Source: the human T2T-CHM13v2.0 reference genome, Homo sapiens
DNA: 64,000 bases
Direction: 5' to 3' (one strand)
NCBI RefSeq assembly: GCF_009914755.1
Contig: NC_060947.1
Every line of letters begins with the position of its first letter. Position 1 is the stretch's first letter. The notes beneath the pieces are model-generated. The model searched no databases, was not told the origin of the DNA, and was given only the letters and a program-made list of their open reading frames with translations. The position numbers were made by a program, and so were the translations under genes. Of this stretch, positions 44,197 to 64,000 are shown one piece after another.

Positions 44197-45779
44197 TCAA
44201 TACAACAGCTGACTAGCACTCCCACAGTGACAGGCATCTTCTCAAACATAAGTCATCTTTATGAAATAGCATTTCCTTAAGCGACCACAGTCTTGGAATA
44301 TGTCTCATCATTATGCTACCCATATAAAATATTGTCTAAGAATGTTACAGTAATGGCTATATTCCTGGCTTATTTACATTTAATATAATTATGTTAATAT
44401 AATTATTTTCTTAACAGTATTTAACGTATTTTATCATCCCCCCTTTTAAAATAAGGAAACTGAGGCAGAGCAATATTTCATTTAATCAGCTTACCACCAC
44501 ATTATTATCGTGGAACAACTCTAAGAATTTATAAGCTCCCCCAAATGACTTTTATGGAGTAAATATGGCATTTCTGAGAAATACTGTAGCTATTTCATAA
44601 CAGTGAAAGTGTCAAATCATCCAAAAGACGTAACAAAATGAACGAATCTCACAATGTATGTTTTAAAAAAGCCAGACATAAAACAGGACAACTGTATGAT
44701 TCCATTTATACAAAGCTCAAAAACAGTCAAAAATAATCTAGAGTAGTAAAAGTCAGAATGGTGTTTTTTTGTTCTTGGAAGTAGAGGTGGGTATTAACTA
44801 GAATGGGGCCAAGGGAACTTTTGGGGGTGTTGGGAAGTTTTTGTATCTTGATCTGTATGGTGTAATATACAAGACTACTATATATTAAAACTCATCAAGC
44901 TGTACACTTGAGACTTGTGAAGTTTACTGTATATAAATTACACCTCAAATAAATGACTGCTGGCATGAAATAAAAAATTACTGCATAGTATTACCTCACT
45001 AAACTTACAATATGGAATATGAATATTCCATTTTAATCAAGCTTGTATCCTATCTTCCATCCTTATTTCCTTCTTAGACATCTCCCATCTAGATCCCTTG
45101 CCTGGAGTCATTTTCTTCCTCCCTTTTAACTGTGTGGACCCCAAAAAGGCCTGTCTCCTACCAAAAGGCTCCTACAACTACTCTAGCTAATCTTGATAAT
45201 CTCCTTTTCTACATGCCCTTCTGCATACTTCAGGTCAGTACCACAAAGTTTATCATTATCTTCCCAAATTGTTTCACTTCTAGTAGTGTTTTTTAAATTC
45301 TATTTTTCTTCATTGAAGTATAAAAGACTTACAGAAAAGTATAAAAATCTCAAGAGCTCTATGCTCTTATGAATTCTAGGCTCTACGAATTTTCCCAAAG
45401 TAAACACATGTATGTTAACAACAAAAAAGTTAAGAAACAGAACATTAACAGCAACAAGCCCACTCATGCTTCTTTTCAGACCCTGTTTCAAATAGGGGTA
45501 ACCAATTCCCTGATGTCCAACACCATATATTCATTTTGACTGTTCTTGGCATTTACATTTATGGAATCATACAGTAAGTACTACTTTGTATCTTGCTTCA
45601 TTTGTTCAATATTATAGGTGAGAACATCCATATCGTTGCAATTATTATAGTTAATTGAGTCTCACTGTTATATAATAAGTGACAATGTCACTATATATAA
45701 ATATAAATATTATATATTTATATATAAATAATTTATTTAATTGTGGTAAAATACACATAACATAAAATTGACCATCTTA

Positions 45780-46083
<304 letters not shown>

Positions 46084-46249
46084 TTTTTTTTGGAGATGGA
46101 GTCTTACTATGTTGCCCAGATGGAATGCAGTGGCTATTCACAGGCATGATCACAGCTCATTGCAGCCTCAAACTCCTGGTTTCATGCAATCCTCCTGGCT
46201 TAGCCTCCTGAGTAGCTGGGACTACAGGTACACACCACTGCACCCGGCT
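46084..46249 (-). mobile_element. Alu monomer (FLAM/FAM-like) directly abutting the previous Alu, tail to tail
   Basis: Poly-T then GGAGATGGAGTCTTAC...; outer TSD TGACCATCTTAAAC at 45769-45782 and 46253-46266. Confidence 0.8.
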
Positions 46250-46945
46250 CCATGACCATCTTAAACATTTTTAAGTGTACAGTTCAGTAGTATTAAGTAT
46301 ATTCACACTCTTGTGCAATCATTACCAGCATCCATCTCGAGAACTCTCTTACCTTGCAAAACTGAAACTCTATACCCACTAAACAATAGTTCCCAATTCT
46401 CCCCTCTCCCTACCCCCTAAAACCACCATTTTACTTTCTGTCTCTATGAATTTGACTACTCTACATACCTCACATAAGTGGAACCATACATTATCTGTCT
46501 TTTTGTGACTGGCTTGTTTCACTCAGCGTAGTCTCCTCACAGTTAACCCATGTTGTAGCATGTGTCAGATTTCTTTCTTTATTAAGCCAGGATAATATTT
46601 CATTGTAGTCACTTGTACTAGTTTTATCCTTTAATCATAAGTTCCTTAAGGGCAGAAGCTACATTTTATGCTTCTCTTTTATTCCCCATATATTACAGTG
46701 GTAAATACATTAAAAAGGTATCCAGTTACATTTTGATTAATATGCTGTAATAGTAAGAATCAAATGGATATTCAAAAGATTCCATTTTGCTATAGAATGT
46801 AGTAATTTTACATCACATTTATTTACACAATCACATTTTGCTTGATTACATATTAAGATTAATTTCCATATCCAAGCACGTTCTGTCTGGGCAGTTGGGG
46901 AAAAATCTGCAACTTCAAAATATGCAATAAGAAAAGTTAAAACTA

Positions 46946-47220
46946 GGCCAGGCACGGTAGCTCACTCCTGTAATCCCAGCACTTTGAGAGGCCAAGGTGG
47001 GCAAATCACCTGAGGTCAGGAGTTCCAGACCAGCCTGGCCAACATGGCAGAACCCCGTCTCTGCTAAAAACACAAAAATTATCCAGGTGTGGTGGCTCAT
47101 GCCTGTAGTCCTAGCTACTTGGGAGGCTGAGGCACCAGAATCGCTTGAACCTGGGAGGCAGAGGTTGCAGTGATCCCACCACTGCATTCCAGCCTGGGCA
47201 ACAGAGCGAGACTCTATCTC

Positions 47221-47270
<50 letters not shown>
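46946..47270 (+). mobile_element. AluS with a (CA)n tail (47224-47270)
   Basis: Full dimer; ~23 CA units; TSD-like AAAGTTAAAA. Confidence 0.93.
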
Positions 47271-47274
<4 letters not shown>

Positions 47275-47520
47275 AGAAAGTTAAAATTTACATACCCAAA
47301 CATTGTTCAAAGCACTCTACATATATTAATTCATGGGTACATGCCTATGAGTTAGATTATATTATTATATAAATATACAAAAACAAATACACTGAGATGT
47401 TAAATGTTGTGCCCAATAGCTAATCTACTCATAAATGGGGAGTACGCTATTATAATTTTATAACAATAAAATAAAGCAGGTTATTCAACCTATTTCTACA
47501 ATATTTAACATGATCCTTAC

Positions 47521-47575
47521 CAGCATTTCTGGCCCAGTAGATTTCTTATCCATCTTCCCAATATCATAGCTTTGG
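47521..47575 (-). CDS. TEX11: TEX11 internal coding exon, 55 bp, (S)[18 protein letters not shown]
   Basis: Minus-strand acceptor ttttaatgatAG and donor GTaagg. The peptide is recognised as TEX11 and joins the 44053-44148 exon in phase 0. Confidence 0.95.
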
Positions 47576-48077
47576 CTATCATTAAAAAGGAAAAAAAAAT
47601 ATATATATATATATAAACATATATCCATTTCAAATTATATATAATTTTCAAGATTATATATTACTAAGAAGACATGGTATAAGCATACTTTATTCCAACT
47701 TTTCTGTTTTGCACTACAACAGATTATTATCCATATGATATAATGATATAAAGCAATACTTTCTAACTGTAGAAAACAATTTCCTTAGGAGATACCCAAT
47801 AAATCAACACTACAATTATATTGATGCCTTTTTCCATTTGGCTATATATATAGCATTGAATATATATAATATATACTGCACTAAATAGGTATAATTTAAT
47901 ATACTGCCTTAAATATATATAACTTAATATGCTACATTAAATATATATAATTTACTGCATTAAATTATTATAATACATACTGCATTAAAATACTTTACAA
48001 GTGTATACAAGCTCTTAGTTGGCCATTTAAAGTTGAAGGAATATAAATATATATTTATTTATTAATGATTTACTTAG

Positions 48078-48355
<278 letters not shown>

Positions 48356-48809
48356 CCGAATAAGTATAAATATATATTTAAAATAAAACAAATACAGTTG
48401 TTTTCACAGAAACAAACGCTTTAGCAATATTCATTAAGTCTCACACCACCCTTCTGAAGCACTATTAGCTCCATTTTGCGGCTGACTAAACCAATATAGA
48501 AATAAAATTATTTCTGATATTTCCTAGATTGGTATCGAAAATGAGGGTGAGGGGTTGGGGAGCAGAGAAATTTGATTTTCAGTTCTCTGCTTTAATTATC
48601 AAACCATATTATCTATGGGACATTCCAGTAACCACAAATAATATATTAATACTAGTTTCAAGGTTTCAAAACCTAATACCTACAAAGCAAATCAAAGATT
48701 ATTCACCATAAAATTAGTATTCCAAGGGAGTATGTCAATAAAATGTTGGTGAACTGAACTAACTTGAAGACAATACTTTGAAATATTCCTTAAAAAAAAA
48801 AAAACTCTA

Positions 48810-49122
<313 letters not shown>

Positions 49123-49265
49123 CTATAAATGACCCAGAACTACCAAACTGAGTTTTCAGATTGCTAACAAAGATATAATGCTGGCTTAGTCATTGTAAGC
49201 CCTATTTCATAGAGGTCTCCTTTAGTACATTAACCTTATACTTCCACTTTTTTAAATAACCAGTG

Positions 49266-51810
49266 AGGGGTGGAACTTCTGCAATGGTGATATAAGGAGC
49301 TCTTTAGACACTCTCCCCAGCGAAACAACCACTCATCTGGAAAATTCATTAAAACAACCACTTAGTCTCTGAAAATTGAAATTGTCCTAAGGGCACACAG
49401 AAAATGGAAAACATTTATTCATGAAAATAAACTAAATCTCAGTATAACCAGTGAGAGTCTATGGCATTTGAACTATAAACTGCTCCCATCTATACTGGCT
49501 CCATGTGATGGAAGCTGCTCCAGATGGGTGCAGCCAAGAAGATAGGAATTCCCTCTCCCGCCAGCTCCTAAAATCCTAGGCTATGGTTTCACCTGCAGAG
49601 AAGCAGGCTGCCAGACTATCTTGCCATTCTCAGGCCTGTGTCATGGAAGTGTTCTGGGCAAGTACGATGGAGAGGACTGGCTTTTCTTTGCCCACTCAGC
49701 TCTCACTCTTAGGGTAAGGATTCTACCCCAAATGTGACAGGTCAAGAATACTGAGATCCTGATCATCTTTACTCCAGCTGGCTCATCAGGCAGAGGTTTC
49801 ATGTCAAAAGGGCACACTAAGAAGACCAAGGGCTACCATACCGCCAGAATTTACTAATTTACTAATATGGTAGGGGTGCCATTTCAAGAGAAGCATGCCA
49901 TGAGCCCAGCTCTAGTCGTGTGGCACAGAGGTTCTGACCAGAAAGAAAGAACAGAAGCAAAGAGGAAGAACTCTGCATCTCTTCCTGAGGGGAATGATGT
50001 ATTTAAAACAGAGCATGGAGAAGATCATGTCTAAGGACACTGCTGAAAACAATGGAGATCTTGATAGTGAGCAATTAAGAGGGAGCTGGTAGCTCCATGA
50101 TAATGGTAGCAATAAGGGAAACAGCAGACCAACCAGAAGGTTACCAGAGAATCAGGGAAACAGCCAAGAAGAAAACCTCTGGGGTCACACTTATCTCTAG
50201 GGGTCCAGAAGACTGTGCACATGTGCCATTCTGCACCCACTCACGCACAATCAGAGAAAGTGTTGGGGCAAACTGAAAAGCATTACCCAAGGCATAAACA
50301 GATCTATCAGCAAAGTACCTTGAGCCTCATTGGCTCAAGGGGCTTAAGCAGATCGTCTGACCAAACACCAACTGAAAGGTAAGCTAAGATCCAGGGAACC
50401 CAGCTTAAAAATCAAATCGACCTCATACTGAGGGATCTGGGAGACTGTGCACATGCTCAAGACTGCTTTCTTGGGTATGAGCAGATAAAGAATCTACAAG
50501 CTATTAGTCCCCGACTGAATTAGTCTCTCCCAGAACTATAAAAGCAGTCTCTAAACAAACATACATCCAGGAAAGGATGAAAAAATCTAACTGGCTAAGT
50601 GAGCTTCAGCACAACCTTTAGCCAGTAAGTGAACTATGTGGATGCAGGGGTGACTCCATAAGAAGTCATGAAAAGATAAAAACAAGGGGAAAAATTCTGA
50701 GCAGGAATATTAGAGGCCACACAGTGTGTGGAAAATAAATTCCACCAAATTAGTCCAGCCAAGTGACTGAACAAATAAATGACTAAACAAACAATAAAAA
50801 CAATAAGCCCCAGAAAGAGGAGAAACTGTATCTAGACTTGCTACAATATATTTTCCAAAATGTCTAGTGTTTAACAAAACATTGTAAGACATACAATTAA
50901 AAAGTGTGACCTACACAGAAGAAAAAAAGCAAAAGAAACTTCCTTTGAGGAGGCCCCAATGTTGCACTTAATAGAAAAAGACTTCAAAGCAACTTTTATA
51001 ATTACGTCCAAAGAATTTTTTAAAATCGTGTTTAAAAATTAAAGGAAGGTCTGATAACAATGACTCATCATATGGAGAATATGAGTGTATCAGTTAAGAG
51101 ATAGAAATTATTATTTTTTTATATATTTTTTATTATACTTTAAGTTCTAGGGTACATGTGCACAACCTGCAGGTTTGTTACAAATGTATACATGTGCCAT
51201 GTTGGTGTGCTGCACCCACTAACTCGTTATTTACATTAGGTATATCTCCTAATGCTTATTATTTTTTAAAAAAGAAACAAATGGAAATTCTGGAGTTGAA
51301 AAGTACAATAACTGAAATGAAAAATTCAGCAGATTGGAGCAGGCAAAAGAAACAATAAACTAACCTGAAGAGCAATAGAAACGATACAAATCTGAGGAAC
51401 AAACAGAAAAAAAAATGAAGAAAAATGAACATGGGCTCAGAAAAATGTAAGACACCATTAAGCACACCAACATATACATAATGGGAGTACCAGAAGAAAA
51501 GAAAGAAAAGGACAAATAAATATTCAAAGAAATGATGGTCTTAAAACTCTCCAAATTTGATGAAAAACAATAATCGACACATCCAAGAAGCTCAATGAAA
51601 TTCAACAGGATAAGCATTAAAAAAGCTACATCCAGACACATGATGAGCGAAAATTATTGAACATCAAAGATGAAGAGAAAATCTTGAAAACAGTAAGAGA
51701 AAAATGACTCATCACATAAAGGGGAGTAACAATAAGATTAACAGCTGACACCCCTCAGAGTTCATGGAGTAAAGAAGGCAAAAAGGATGTATTCAAACAT
51801 CTGTGAAATT
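49266..51810 (+). mobile_element. Old L1M 5' region/ORF1 remnant, resuming at 55029-55980
   Basis: Degenerate ORF1-like sequence interrupted by younger insertions; approximate. Confidence 0.65.
51115..51255 (-). mobile_element. Very short L1PA 3' end
   Basis: TTATTATACTTTAAGTTCTAGGGTACATGTGC...; flanked by TTATTATTTTTT. Confidence 0.85.

Positions 51811-54290
<2,480 letters not shown>

Positions 54291-54327
<37 letters not shown>
54291..54327. repeat. (TA)n microsatellite in the L1 tail
   Basis: About 18 TA units. Confidence 0.95.
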
Positions 54328-54332
<5 letters not shown>

Positions 54333-55016
54333 TCAGGACACAACAGGTGCTGGAGAGGATGTGGAGAAATAGGAACACTTTTATACTGTTGGTGGGACTG
54401 TAAACTAGTTCAACCATTGTGGAAGACAGTGTGGCGATACCTCAAGGATCTAGAACTAGAAATACCATTTGACCTAGCCCTCCCATTACTGGGTATATAC
54501 CCAAAGGATTATAAACCATGCTGCTATAAAAAGACACATGCACACGTATGTTTATTGCGGCACTATTCACAATAGCAAAGATATGGAACCAACCCAAATG
54601 TCCAACAATGATAGACTGGATTAAGAAAATGTGGCACATATACACCATGGAATACTATGCAACCATAAAAAACGATGAGTTCATGTCCTTTGTAGGGACA
54701 TGGATGAAGCTGGAAACCATCATTCTCAGCAAACTATCGCAAGGACAAAAAACCAAACACCACATGTTCTCACTCATAGGTGGGAATTGAACAATGAGAA
54801 CACATGGACACAGGAAGGGGAGCATCACACACCAGGGCCTGTTGTGGGGTGGGGGGAGGGGGGAGGGATAGCATTAGGAGATATACCTAATGTTAAATGA
54901 CGAGTTACTGTGTGCAGCACACCAACATGGCACATGTATACATATGTAACTAACCTGCATGCTGTGCACTTGTACCCTAAAACTTAAAGTATAATAAACA
55001 AAAAAAAGAAAAAAAA
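54328..55016 (+). mobile_element. Second L1 3' end (L1PA4-like) within the same TSD as 51811-54290
   Basis: Starts AAAAGTCAGG; 3'UTR GTTAAATGAC; TSD ATCTGTGAAATT at 51799-51810 and 55017-55028. Confidence 0.9.
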
Positions 55017-55663
55017 ATCTGTGAAATTAGAATCTTATATCTAGAAAAGCTATCTTTCAAAATTAAGAGTAAATAAATACATTCCCAGGTAAGCAAAAAG
55101 TGAGAGAATTTCTTGTTAGCCAATCTGTCTTATAAGAAATACAAAAGGAGGTTCTTCATGCTGAAAGCAAGTGACACTAGAGAATAATTTGAATTCATAT
55201 GAAAAAATAAACAGGGCTAGTAATTATGGAGGTAATTATAAAAGAAAGTATGATTATATATGTCTTCTACTTTCCTTTCTTAATTTATTTAAAAAGCAAC
55301 TGTGTAAAAAAATTCTTAAGGTGTATTACTGGGGCATAACATTTGTAATATATTCGATAACGATTAACACAAAAGAGCAGATTGGGTGGGAAAGAAATTC
55401 AGGAAATTACACCAGATGGTAGTTCAAATCTAAAAGAAGAAATGAAGTGAACCAAAAGTTATAAGAAGGTTGAAAATTTAAAAACACAATAAATATGTTT
55501 GTGTTCTGTTTTATGTCTCATCTTCTTTAAAATACATAAGATTTTGCAAAGCAATAATTATAACCATGCATACTTGAGTTTTTAAACATATATAGACATA
55601 GTAAGTATAATAATAATCACCAAAAAAGAAAAGAGAATAAAGCTATGAAGTAGTAAAGCTTTT

Positions 55664-64000
<8,337 letters not shown>

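Overview
Primate (very likely human) DNA lying entirely inside TEX11, the X-linked meiotic ZIP4/SPO22 homologue, on the minus strand. Four short coding exons (47521-47575, 44053-44148, 28616-28697, 25971-26049) splice in frame to [103 protein letters not shown]. The rest is mostly transposable elements: two full-length decayed L1PA4-like elements in inverted orientation, two 5'-inverted (twin-primed) L1s, truncated and nested older L1s, about 14 Alu/FLAM copies, a full-length Tigger1, MaLR LTRs, MERs and MIRs. Almost all long ORFs in the supplied track are L1/Alu/Tigger debris. Main signals: (1) the two inverted full-length L1s share a 412-bp perfectly identical tract inside otherwise divergent sequence, and L1s of different apparent subfamilies share patchy derived variants, suggesting a locus-wide non-allelic gene-conversion network; (2) a candidate internal promoter and first exon (CCAAT box, RFX-like box, strong donor) that would yield an N-terminally truncated TEX11; (3) a composite L1PA2 insertion with an apparent 3'-transduced L1PA4 tail inside one target-site duplication (TSD). 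Repeat subfamily names come from remembered diagnostic positions and need RepeatMasker/Dfam confirmation.
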